Both the position numbers and the translations under genes were made by a program. DNA of 39,348 nt. Source: a virus. The stretch covers positions 1 through 39,348 of IMG/VR virus record IMGVR_UViG_3300034069_000986; one strand, written 5' to 3'. The notes beneath the pieces were generated by a model that worked only from the letters and a program-made list of their open reading frames with translations, did not search any database and had not been told where the DNA came from. Of the stretch, positions 1 through 8,158 are shown in pieces; the stretch's first letter is position 1, and each line of letters begins with the position of its first letter.

Positions 1-141
1 ACCTGTCTTGCGACAACCAGGGCCGAGACCTCATGGAATCGCCCGACCTGGACCCCAACCTGGCGAAGCAGCTCGCCGTTCAATGGATCAACGAACACTT
101 TCCGCACCCGAAAGTAATCACCCGTCCCTACGCTACCGCCA
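1..141. repeat. Terminal overlap, copy A (identical to 39208-39348)
   Basis: Read base by base: acctgtcttgcgacaacc...cgtccctacgctaccgcca is present at both window ends. This implies a circular or circularly permuted 39,207-bp unit. Confidence 0.95.
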
Positions 142-284
142 CCTATTGGACCACGACCGACGGACCCTTCGCGCAGTGGCAGCCCTTTAACAAGGAGCAC
201 AATTTGCGCTGGCTGCTGACCGACACCGACTTCGAGCTGTGCCGAAACGCCGTAGGTCCGATTCAGTCTGGGGTTGGCCGGTGA
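1..284 (+). CDS. Early hypothetical protein, 3' part of an ORF that crosses the circular junction (starts at 39123 or 39102)
   Basis: The frame is open from 39006 through the junction to TGA 282-284. The in-window ATG at 33 is the same base as 39240. No recognisable motifs. Confidence 0.5.
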   Translation, partial: LSCDNQGRDLMESPDLDPNLAKQLAVQWINEHFPHPKVITRPYATATYWTTTDGPFAQWQPFNKEHNLRWLLTDTDFELCRNAVGPIQSGVGR

Positions 285-430
285 GCGAGTACACCGACGA
301 CATGCTCGACGGGGTCTTCTGCGAATGCTGCGGCGAGTACCTGGGCGAAGGCTACGGGGCCCCGCGCCGGTGCCGCATCTGCGACCCCGACCACAACTGG
401 CCCGACGACACCGAAAAGGAGGACGAATGA
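281..430 (+). CDS. Small acidic zinc-ribbon-like protein (49 aa; CECC...CRIC)
   Basis: GTG at 281 overlaps the upstream TGA (GTGA). It has two Cys pairs (CxCC, CxxC) and an acidic tail (DDTEKEDE). The ORF-track start at 239 is a longer GTG alternative. Confidence 0.45.
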   Translation: MSEYTDDMLDGVFCECCGEYLGEGYGAPRRCRICDPDHNWPDDTEKEDE

Positions 431-609
431 CCCCGCTCGACCACAACCCCATGTTCTGGGGCATCCCCATCAACGCGTCTTGGATCGGCCCGGCCTTGCT
501 TCTGGCCCTCGCTGGCGTCGCGCGTCTGTGGCTTTGGCTCTGTGACCGGTGGGTGGGCAAGGAACCGGAGGTCGAAAGTAAGTGTGACTTCACATCGGAG
601 GGCATGTGA
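427..609 (+). CDS. Small membrane protein (60 aa, one hydrophobic helix)
   Basis: ATGA overlap with the upstream stop. Hydrophobic stretch WIGPALLLALAGVARLWLWL. Confidence 0.45.
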   Translation: MTPLDHNPMFWGIPINASWIGPALLLALAGVARLWLWLCDRWVGKEPEVESKCDFTSEGM

Positions 610-842
610 CCCCTCGCAACCTGGCGATCCCGCCGGAGAAGTACACCTGTGTGTGCATGCTCCCCGACTACGTGTCCGATGGCCCTGAGTTTCACCGCGT
701 CTGGGTCAAAGCGACCGACATTTTCAAGGCCCAGGAACGTGCGCAAAAGATCACCGCGCGCCGGATCCGGACAATCGACGATCCATTCGACGTGGCCGTC
801 GTCGCGGTTTACGCTGGGCACATCGAAGACATCGGGGTCTGA
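606..842 (+). CDS. Hypothetical early protein (78 aa)
   Basis: GTG start in a GTGA overlap with the upstream stop. GC-rich third codon positions, like neighbouring genes. Confidence 0.5.
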   Translation: MTPRNLAIPPEKYTCVCMLPDYVSDGPEFHRVWVKATDIFKAQERAQKITARRIRTIDDPFDVAVVAVYAGHIEDIGV

Positions 843-847
843 CGAAC

Positions 848-1183
848 ATGCGAGGGGCTATGGAAAGCGAACTCCAAACAATTCCTGTTGATATCGAGCT
901 GGGCCTGATCCTGGATGAGCAGAGCCCGGCCTACGGTCACTGCGCGGCGCTGCTCGGCGAGGTGGTCGCGTGCATCCCCATCGTGTGGGAGGACTACGCC
1001 GAGTATTGCCAGAGCATTCAAGGCGGCCGGCACGTTCTCGACTATTCCCGCGCCACCGTCTACGACTACAAGCTCGAGTACCTGTGGTGGGACGAGACCG
1101 GCGAAGAAAGCCAAATTGCCGACTACCATCCATCGAAGGCCGAACTCGCCAGGCTCGCCAAGCTGGTGCGCGAAGGCCATTGA
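848..1183 (+). CDS. Hypothetical early protein (111 aa)
   Basis: ATG 5 nt after the upstream stop. Clean ORF with no recognisable motif. Confidence 0.55.
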   Translation: MRGAMESELQTIPVDIELGLILDEQSPAYGHCAALLGEVVACIPIVWEDYAEYCQSIQGGRHVLDYSRATVYDYKLEYLWWDETGEESQIADYHPSKAELARLAKLVREGH

Positions 1184-1241
1184 CATCCAAGCGCACCAGG
1201 GTTTCTCTCACGAAAGCAATATCACTTTACGAGGAGGAATC

Positions 1242-1646
1242 ATGGGCGGAAACAAACGCATCTACGAACAGAACATGGACCAGGAGGCCGCGGCCGAGCG
1301 CGCTGCGGCCGAAGACGAGCGGGACGCCACCGACCACCTGCTCGAATTGCGCGACAGTTTGACCCGGCAACGGGACCAGGCATTCAACGACCGCGACGCA
1401 GCCGCCAAGGAAGTCATGCAGCTCAGGGAGCGCGTGGCCTACCTTGAGAGAGCCGCGAACTCTAACGCGGAAGTGCCGGCGACCCACACCCAAGTGCAGA
1501 TGTACGAGAAGAAACTAGACCTAGCGCGGGCGGCGCTGACCTACACGCGCAATTCCCGTGACCGTTGGAAAGAGACTTGCAAGGTCATGTGGAGTGCCCT
1601 GGAGTCGGCCGAGCAGATCAATTGCCCCTCGAACATGGAGGAGTGA
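1242..1646 (+). CDS. Coiled-coil hypothetical protein (134 aa)
   Basis: RBS GAGGAGGAAT lies 1-2 nt before ATG 1242. Heptad-like, charged sequence (ERAAAEDERDATDHLLELRDSL...). Confidence 0.65.
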   Translation: MGGNKRIYEQNMDQEAAAERAAAEDERDATDHLLELRDSLTRQRDQAFNDRDAAAKEVMQLRERVAYLERAANSNAEVPATHTQVQMYEKKLDLARAALTYTRNSRDRWKETCKVMWSALESAEQINCPSNMEE

Positions 1647-1695
1647 CCGCTTGGACTCGACGAAAGTGATTGCACTTTTGTAGGAGGAATGCTAG

Positions 1696-1866
1696 ATGGC
1701 AGACGTATTGGTTCGTGTCTTCATGCTCAGCTTGTTTCTGTTCATGGTGACCAACATGGATGCTCTGCTCTTTGACATTTTGAATGGAAAAGATGCCCCG
1801 GACACCAGGTTCGGGGCACGACCAAGTGGCGAACACTTGCGCCCGGGGCGCGATCACATCTGTTAG
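1696..1866 (+). CDS. Small membrane protein (56 aa), below the ORF-track cut-off
   Basis: RBS TAGGAGGAAT lies 5 nt before ATG 1696, nearly the same RBS string as the preceding gene. N-terminal hydrophobic helix VRVFMLSLFLFMV. TAG at 1864-1866. Confidence 0.45.
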   Translation: MADVLVRVFMLSLFLFMVTNMDALLFDILNGKDAPDTRFGARPSGEHLRPGRDHIC

Positions 1867-1988
1867 ACGTGCCGCATCCAATAGGATGTAATTAGGTTAT
1901 TGACATGCCCCACTAAAGCCAAGGACCATTTTGGTTCATGACCAAGTGGACCGGATCGGGATGATCCGGCGAGAAGGGGCAAAGCCGT

Positions 1989-4379
1989 TTGATTCAGGTC
2001 CTCGCGATTCGAGAATTTTACTCGAATAAACAGCAACGCAGCATCAAGTCCGAGGTGTGGTTCGAGAAGGGTATTCGAACCACCGCCGTCGAGGAGATCT
2101 TGCGCGATCCGCAGGCGGTTCTGGCCGACAAGGTCGAAGCAAGCGAGCGGGTCAACGTCTACTACACGGTTTGCGAGTGCCTGGAAGAAAAGGGCCGCAA
2201 GTTCCTCCAGCAGTTCCACGTTCCCTTCGACATCGACAAAATGGATTTGGGCGACGAGGAGCCGGCACCTGCCCATCTCGAGCAAGTTGCGCGCGTGGTG
2301 TGCGCGGCACTCGGGGTCACGTTTGAAACCACGGGGGTGGTCTTCAGTGGGAACGGGATCCAGCTCCTCGTTGGCCTTTCCCTGCCCTTCACCGACGTCG
2401 GCGTCTTCGACGAGCTCCGGGCCCACTACAAGGCGCTCTGCGACCGGATCAACCTGCGGCTGATGTCGGCGGGCCTCAAAGGCCAGGCGGATCCGGCCGT
2501 GTGGTCGCCGGCGAGGCTCCTGCGGTTCCCCGAAACGCTCAATCAGAAGCCGAACAAGCCAACCCGCCGCGCGCGGGTCCTCCAAAGTAACGTGGTCCGT
2601 GGCGACTTCGACCTACGCAAGGCGTCTGGCCTGCCGGACGTGGCCCCGGGCGACCAGCTCAACGCTGGCGTCCTCGCGGAACTCATCACCCCGGACGTGA
2701 AGGAGATCTTGAACCCGGACCGCGGGTGCAAGTTCCTGCACTGGGCGCAGACGGCCCCGGAACAGCTCTCGGAGCCCCAGTGGTACGCGGCGCTCAGCAT
2801 CGTGGCCCGGTTCCCCGAAGGCCGCAAGATGGCCCACCAGATGTCGAAGGGCCACCCGGGCTATTCCTACGACGAGACCGAGACCAAGGTAAGCCAGTCG
2901 CTCGAGCGCAGCGGCCCCCGCACCTGCTCGAACATCGACAACTTGAGCGACAAGTGCCAGAGCTGCCGCCACTTCAAGACGAAGCTCGTCAGCCCCATCA
3001 TGATCGAGGGCCCAGATCACGTCGCGACCGAGAAGTCGGGCTTTTACCACATCGTTTACGACGCCCACGGGAACGCCAAGAAGGGGAAACCCGACTACGA
3101 CGGGCTCTGGCGCTTCTTCAAGCGCAAGCACGAGTACGTTTCGATGGTGGGCCTGCCGTCGATCTACGTGTGGAACGGCTCGCACTGGGAAGAAATGGTG
3201 CGCGACCACATCATGGCGTTTGCTCAAGAGCACTTTGACCCCAAGCCCCACTCCAAGGTCAGGGAGGAATTCTACAAGTACGTGAAGGTGAACAACCTGC
3301 GCGATCCCGATTGGTTCACGAAGAGCATCGGCGGCCTGATGAACTTCCAGAACGGCGTTTACGACATGAAGCTCGGGATCTTGAAGGCGCACACGACCGA
3401 GTACGGGTTTAAGTCGACGCTGCCCTGCCCGTACCACCCCGAGGCCACCTGCCCCCGGTTCGACAAATTCATGGCCGAGGTCACGCTTCGTCGGCCCGAG
3501 CTCATCAAGGTGATGCAGGAGTTTTTCGGCTACATTTTTTCGAACATGCGGTGCGAGCACGAGAAAATTCTCATGCTGCTCGGAACCGGGTCCAACGGGA
3601 AGTCGACGCTCGTGCGCTTGATCCGTGCCTTGGCCGGTGAGGGAGGTCACTCCTCCGTCAGCGTCAAAGACATGCGGTCCGATCAGAACCGATATCTGAT
3701 CGAGGGCAAGATCGTAAACATCGCCGAGGAAAACTCGAGGGACAGTTTCAAGGACACCGAACTCATCAAGAACTTCGCGTCCGGTGGCCGCATCCTGGTG
3801 AAGAAGCTCTTCGCGCAGCCCTACGACTACGAGAACCGCACGAAGCTCGTCATGCTCTGCAACACGCTGCCGTCGAACTTCGACCACACCCACGGCTTTT
3901 ACCGCCGGCTTCTGATCGTGCCCTTCGACGCGCAATTTGGCCGCAAGGGCGACAAGCACGAGGCGGACAAGCAGCTGATCGACAAGCTTCTCGACGAGCT
4001 GCCGGGAATCTTCAATTTCGCCGTCGAGGGGTTCAAGCGCCTCACCAGGAACGGCGACTTTTCCAATTCAGGGGTGGTGGACATGGCCGTTCGCAACTAC
4101 GAAGTCGACATGGACGGGACCACCAGGTGGTTCATGGAGGAGGTGGAGGTCACCCAGGACGAGGCGGACAGTGTGGTCTTCCAGGAGCTTTACAACTCCT
4201 ACACCACCTACTGCCAGGAGACCGGCAACCGGCACCCCGACACGCAGAACGTGTTCGGGCGTACCGTGAAAAAATTGATGCTCGCTTCGAACGTGCCTTA
4301 CAAAACTGAGCGCACTGGCGGAAGAGTGGAACGTAAACAAAAATTGTGCTATATCAAATTGAAAGAGGTGGACGTATGA
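1989..4379 (+). CDS. Bifunctional DNA primase-polymerase / D5_N / SF3 helicase (P4-alpha / D5-like replicase)
   Basis: AEP motifs: FDIDK (DxD) and SGNGIQLLV (sGxGxH-like). Cys cluster CSNIDNLSDKCQSCRH. Walker A GTGSNGKST, Walker B-like IVNIAEEN, and RRLLIVPF typical of the P4-family primase C-terminal domain. TTG start with AAGGGG upstream; the first in-frame ATG is 84 codons in. Confidence 0.9.
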   Translation: MIQVLAIREFYSNKQQRSIKSEVWFEKGIRTTAVEEILRDPQAVLADKVEASERVNVYYTVCECLEEKGRKFLQQFHVPFDIDKMDLGDEEPAPAHLEQVARVVCAALGVTFETTGVVFSGNGIQLLVGLSLPFTDVGVFDELRAHYKALCDRINLRLMSAGLKGQADPAVWSPARLLRFPETLNQKPNKPTRRARVLQSNVVRGDFDLRKASGLPDVAPGDQLNAGVLAELITPDVKEILNPDRGCKFLHWAQTAPEQLSEPQWYAALSIVARFPEGRKMAHQMSKGHPGYSYDETETKVSQSLERSGPRTCSNIDNLSDKCQSCRHFKTKLVSPIMIEGPDHVATEKSGFYHIVYDAHGNAKKGKPDYDGLWRFFKRKHEYVSMVGLPSIYVWNGSHWEEMVRDHIMAFAQEHFDPKPHSKVREEFYKYVKVNNLRDPDWFTKSIGGLMNFQNGVYDMKLGILKAHTTEYGFKSTLPCPYHPEATCPRFDKFMAEVTLRRPELIKVMQEFFGYIFSNMRCEHEKILMLLGTGSNGKSTLVRLIRALAGEGGHSSVSVKDMRSDQNRYLIEGKIVNIAEENSRDSFKDTELIKNFASGGRILVKKLFAQPYDYENRTKLVMLCNTLPSNFDHTHGFYRRLLIVPFDAQFGRKGDKHEADKQLIDKLLDELPGIFNFAVEGFKRLTRNGDFSNSGVVDMAVRNYEVDMDGTTRWFMEEVEVTQDEADSVVFQELYNSYTTYCQETGNRHPDTQNVFGRTVKKLMLASNVPYKTERTGGRVERKQKLCYIKLKEVDV

Positions 4380-4510
4380 ACTGGGCAATCGTGATTCTGA
4401 TTTCTGCGGCCGTGACCGCGATGACCTACCCCAACTGGTGGCCGGGCGCCATGACCGCGGCGGTCGGCGTGTTCCTGATCGCGTGGAACCGGTCGGGCGG
4501 CAAGGTCTAG
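4376..4510 (+). CDS. Tiny two-helix membrane protein (44 aa)
   Basis: ATGA overlap with the primase stop, and AGAGGTGG 5 nt upstream. Sequence MNWAIVILISAAVTAMTYPNWWPGAMTAAVGVFLIAWNRSGGKV. Its TAG overlaps the GTG of the next gene. Confidence 0.4.
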   Translation: MNWAIVILISAAVTAMTYPNWWPGAMTAAVGVFLIAWNRSGGKV

Positions 4511-5958
4511 TGGGACTACCTGCCCTCTGGGACCACCAGAAGAAAGCCATCGAGCGCAGCCAGGATGCCCCTGACCTGGCGCTCTTTTGGGAGGTCGGCA
4601 CGGGGAAGACTCGGGCGACCATCGACATCATTCGGCACCGCTGCCAGGCGCACGACCGCTTGCTGCGCATCCTGATCCTGGCGCCGAAGATCGTCCTGAC
4701 CAACTGGAAGCGCGAGATCGCGAAGTATTCGAGGATCCATCCGCGCGACGTGGTGGTGCTCGAGGGCAGCCAGGGCCAACGAAAAAAGCAGCTGATCGAG
4801 GCGACGAACGAGAACCACCAGCTCGTGAAGCCTCGAGTGGTGATCGCCAACTACGAATCCATGACGATGGAGCAGCTATTCACGCTGCTCGTCGATTGGA
4901 ACCCCGAGCTCGTCGTGGCGGACGAGGCGCACCGCTTGAAGAATCCGGAGTCGAAGCGTGCGAAAGCCGTCATCAAATTGGCCGACAAAGCAACCTACCG
5001 CTACGCCCTTACTGGCACGCCCATTCTTAATTCCGCTATGGATATTTTCAATATCTACCGCTTCCTCGACGGCGGCGAGACGTTCGGCAAGAACTGGTGG
5101 AAATTTCGAAGCGTCTGGTTCGAGGACGAGAACGCAAGCTTCGCCGGCAAATCGAACTACTACCCGAAGCACAGCCCGCGGCCCGAGACCTACAAAAAGT
5201 TTTCGGACCTCATCTATCGAAAGGCGATCCGCGCGGTGAAGGCCGAGTGTTTGGACCTGCCGCCCTTCGTGCGGAAGGAAGTCTTCGTCGAGCTGAGCCC
5301 GGAACAAAAGCGCATGTACAAAGAGATGCGCGATGACTACCTGACCTACATCGCCGCGGCGAAGAACTCGAGCGAACCGCGCGCGGTGGTGGCGCAGATG
5401 GCCGTGACGAAGGCATTGCGTCTTCAGCAGATCGTGACCGGGTACGGGAAAGCCGACGACGGGTCGATTCACAAGATCGCGTCGAATCCGCGATTAGACG
5501 CGTTAGAAGAACTTCTTGCCACCCTGGCGCCCGACCATAAAATCATCGTGTGGAGCATTTTTCATGAGAACTACGCTGACATCTCTCGGGTGTGTTCGAA
5601 GCTTGGCCTGGGTTTTACGGAGCTACACGGAAAAGTGGGTCAGAAGGACCGAGACGCTAACATTCAAAGATTCGGTCGAGATCGTGATTGCCGAGTTATG
5701 GTCGCAAACCAAGCCGCCGGAGGAATTGGAATTAACCTGGTGGAATCCGACGTCGCGATCTTTTACTCGAAAGCGTTTTCCCTGGAACAGGACATCCAAG
5801 CAGAAGGGCGAAATTATCGAGGCGGCAGTGAACAGCATCAGAGCGTCACGCGCATCGACATCATTGCGCCGGACACCATAGACGAACTGATCAACGAAGC
5901 CCTGGCGCACAAGCAGGACATCTCGAACACCATTCTGGATTGGGGATCGAAGGTATGA
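4510..5958 (+). CDS. SNF2-family (SF2) helicase/ATPase
   Basis: Motif I EVGTGKT, motif II DEAHRLKN, LTGTPILNS, C-terminal QAAGGIGINL and QAEGRNYRGG. GTG 4510 is chosen because the longer 4438 start would overlap the 44-aa ORF. Confidence 0.88.
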   Translation: MGLPALWDHQKKAIERSQDAPDLALFWEVGTGKTRATIDIIRHRCQAHDRLLRILILAPKIVLTNWKREIAKYSRIHPRDVVVLEGSQGQRKKQLIEATNENHQLVKPRVVIANYESMTMEQLFTLLVDWNPELVVADEAHRLKNPESKRAKAVIKLADKATYRYALTGTPILNSAMDIFNIYRFLDGGETFGKNWWKFRSVWFEDENASFAGKSNYYPKHSPRPETYKKFSDLIYRKAIRAVKAECLDLPPFVRKEVFVELSPEQKRMYKEMRDDYLTYIAAAKNSSEPRAVVAQMAVTKALRLQQIVTGYGKADDGSIHKIASNPRLDALEELLATLAPDHKIIVWSIFHENYADISRVCSKLGLGFTELHGKVGQKDRDANIQRFGRDRDCRVMVANQAAGGIGINLVESDVAIFYSKAFSLEQDIQAEGRNYRGGSEQHQSVTRIDIIAPDTIDELINEALAHKQDISNTILDWGSKV

Positions 5959-6215
5959 AGAATTTTGCCGCGCTTGCGAAAGCGAAAATGATGGCGCTGC
6001 TAAATCACGACGCTAAAAAGCAGCGCCACACTCGCAAAGAGGGCTTCGATTCAGGGTATTGGGCTGCGCGAGCTCGCAAGGCCACGGGGCTTCGCACGTA
6101 TCGCATCGTGGGTGAAGATCACAGCCCCGCGCGCGTCGAACTGACCCGCCGTTTGCCCAAGCTTTCGGGACGCCGCGCGAGCGAAACGCGTTCGATGATC
6201 TGGGGTTGCGCGTGA
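5955..6215 (+). CDS. Basic hypothetical protein (86 aa)
   Basis: ATGA overlap with the SNF2 stop. Lys/Arg-rich. Confidence 0.5.
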   Translation: MKNFAALAKAKMMALLNHDAKKQRHTRKEGFDSGYWAARARKATGLRTYRIVGEDHSPARVELTRRLPKLSGRRASETRSMIWGCA

Positions 6216-6469
6216 CCGAAGTGATGGACACCGATGGCCGCGTGCTGAAGCTCTACCAGGTGCTCGCGCTCGAGCCACCCCAGGCGGCGTGCTTCGATCC
6301 GGGCACCAACCGCGCGGTGGTGGTCCCCTTCACTTCGCTGGCGTTGGTGCCGCGCACGCTCGAGATCTTCGAGGAGCTGAAGGTACCGCCCCCGCCCGTA
6401 CCGGTGCCCGACGAGCCCCCGCGGCCACCGAACAACGGCAAGATTGAGAAAAAGGGCTTGCGAAAGTGA
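6212..6469 (+). CDS. Hypothetical protein with Pro-rich tail (85 aa)
   Basis: GTGA overlap with the upstream stop (alternative ATG at 6224). PPPPVPVPDEPPRPP tail. Confidence 0.45.
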   Translation: MTEVMDTDGRVLKLYQVLALEPPQAACFDPGTNRAVVVPFTSLALVPRTLEIFEELKVPPPPVPVPDEPPRPPNNGKIEKKGLRK

Positions 6470-6509
6470 TATCGCTTCTGTATTGTGCCGGCCAACAAAG
6501 GAGTGCTCT

Positions 6510-6995
6510 ATGAAAGAGACGACAGAACTAGATAAATGGCTCGAGGCCGGCCGCGACACCACGATCACGGTCGATGACCTCGACACCGTAATGGCCGAGT
6601 GGCGCGAGGCCGAGGACGAGTACCACGCGCAGAAGAAGATCTCGGACGAGAAGTACAAGCTCGCCGCCGAGGCCGAGAAGCGGGCGCTCGAACTCATGCA
6701 GCGCGCGGGCAAGACCAAGTACGTGGTGGAGGGCCTTGGCACCTGCTACCAGATCAACAAAAACAGTGTGACCACGCCGAAGACCATCGAGGCGAAGAAG
6801 CTGTTTTTCAAGTACCTGCACGAAACGCATGGCGAGATTTTCTACTGGGACAAAGTCAGCATCAACAGCCAGACGCTCAACAAACTTTACAACGATGAGT
6901 TCGAAGAAGCCTCGAGTCAGGGTAATGCCGAGTTCTCCATGCCGGGGATCGACGCGCCCACCGCGGTCATTTCGCTCGGATTCAGAAAGGCATAA
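6510..6995 (+). CDS. Hypothetical protein, N-terminal coiled coil (161 aa)
   Basis: RBS AAAGGAG lies 7 nt before ATG 6510. Position between the helicase and polymerase suggests a replication or recombination accessory role. Confidence 0.65.
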   Translation: MKETTELDKWLEAGRDTTITVDDLDTVMAEWREAEDEYHAQKKISDEKYKLAAEAEKRALELMQRAGKTKYVVEGLGTCYQINKNSVTTPKTIEAKKLFFKYLHETHGEIFYWDKVSINSQTLNKLYNDEFEEASSQGNAEFSMPGIDAPTAVISLGFRKA

Positions 6996-7331
6996 ATGAA
7001 CGATCAGGAAGCGCAACCGGACGAGAGATTGCAGGAGCTTCTGAAGCTCGGGGAAAAATGGATGCCCATTCTCGAGGGTCGCGTGCGCTACCAGGTCGAG
7101 AAGACCGTGAAGGAAATGTTCAAAGAGGGAGTGCCGAAGCCGCAGATCCCGAACCTGGTCATGAACTCCACGGTCAACCACATGGTCACCACGTTCCTCG
7201 CGAGCACCCACATGCTGGGGTATCCGAAGGATCAGGGGATCGAAGCTCTCATGTTCTCGGTCGAACAGGCCGTGAACCAACACAAAGAAACAAAGGATCA
7301 AGAAAATGGGAACCAGGAAGAAAAGCACTAA
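6996..7331 (+). CDS. Hypothetical protein (111 aa)
   Basis: ATG directly follows the upstream TAA (TAAATG). Confidence 0.55.
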   Translation: MNDQEAQPDERLQELLKLGEKWMPILEGRVRYQVEKTVKEMFKEGVPKPQIPNLVMNSTVNHMVTTFLASTHMLGYPKDQGIEALMFSVEQAVNQHKETKDQENGNQEEKH

Positions 7332-8157
7332 ACAAAATCCACAGGAGGGAACCGTGGAAAAAGCAGTAGCAGTCAAGGAAGCAAATCAGCCGCAGGTCGC
7401 GGGCGAAAGCCTCTCGAGCTGGGGTCAGGCACCGCAGATGTCGTCGAACGACATCATCATGCCGCGGATCAACCTGATGCAGCCGATGTCGGACAAAGTC
7501 ACCGCGGGCGAAGCAGCCTTCGGAGACTTCCGCGATTCGCTCAACAACGAGCTGATCGCGAAGATGGGCGAAAAGTTCAAGGTGATCCCGTTTCACCTGC
7601 AAAAAATCTTCATCGTCTACAACGTGACCGACCGCGACCAGAAGGACTACCTGCGCACGGAATCCATTTCGGCCGAGAACGACAACGCCAAGTACGAAGA
7701 CGAGGAGCGGGGCAAGGACGGCAAGACCATCAAGATCCAGCGCGACCGCGTGATGAACTTCTTCGTGCTGCGCCCCGAGGAGATCGCCGTCGGCTCCGCG
7801 ATCCCGTACATCATGAGCTTCCGTCGCTCGAGCATGCAGGCCGGAAAGAAGCTCGCGACTCAGATGTACATGAAGAACATGGCGGCCGGGAAAAGCCCGC
7901 CGGCCGTGACGATGGTGGTCACCGCCAAGAAGGAGTCCAACGACAAGGGCACCTACGCGGTCATCGACATCGTGCCGACCGGCCCCACGTCGCCCGAGCA
8001 CATCGCGGAGGCGTTCAAGTGGTTTCAACTGGTCAACGCGGGCAAGGCTCGTGCGCACGAGGGTCTGGAAGAAGAAACGGTCGAAGCGGCGGCGCCGGCG
8101 GGGGCGCCGGTTGCGAAGTCGAACGCGTCAGTCGAGCGCGGCCCGGAGCGGTTCTAA
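7306..8157 (+). CDS. Hypothetical protein (283 aa), possible ssDNA-binding or annealing protein
   Basis: Long clean ORF. Acidic region followed by C-terminal ...ERGPERF (a terminal aromatic residue, as in some phage SSBs). No nucleotide-binding motif. The function call is weak. Confidence 0.6.
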   Translation: MGTRKKSTKQNPQEGTVEKAVAVKEANQPQVAGESLSSWGQAPQMSSNDIIMPRINLMQPMSDKVTAGEAAFGDFRDSLNNELIAKMGEKFKVIPFHLQKIFIVYNVTDRDQKDYLRTESISAENDNAKYEDEERGKDGKTIKIQRDRVMNFFVLRPEEIAVGSAIPYIMSFRRSSMQAGKKLATQMYMKNMAAGKSPPAVTMVVTAKKESNDKGTYAVIDIVPTGPTSPEHIAEAFKWFQLVNAGKARAHEGLEEETVEAAAPAGAPVAKSNASVERGPERF

Positions 8158-8158
8158 C

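Noticed and set aside
1820-1949. A 10-nt direct repeat GACCAAGTGG (1820-1829 and 1940-1949) plus hairpin CCGGATC-GGGAT-GATCCGG (1951-1969) upstream of the primase gene.
   Set aside because: A single 10-mer recurring within about 200 nt is expected several times by chance in 39 kb. One copy lies inside the 56-aa ORF. A nearby TTGACA (1905-1910) has no usable -10. There is not enough evidence to call a regulatory site.
4438-4509. The longer SNF2 start (4438) given by the ORF track.
   Set aside because: It would add a Gly/Arg-rich 24-aa extension overlapping the RBS-supported 44-aa membrane ORF. Helicase motif I lies shortly after GTG 4510, which is coupled to the upstream TAG.
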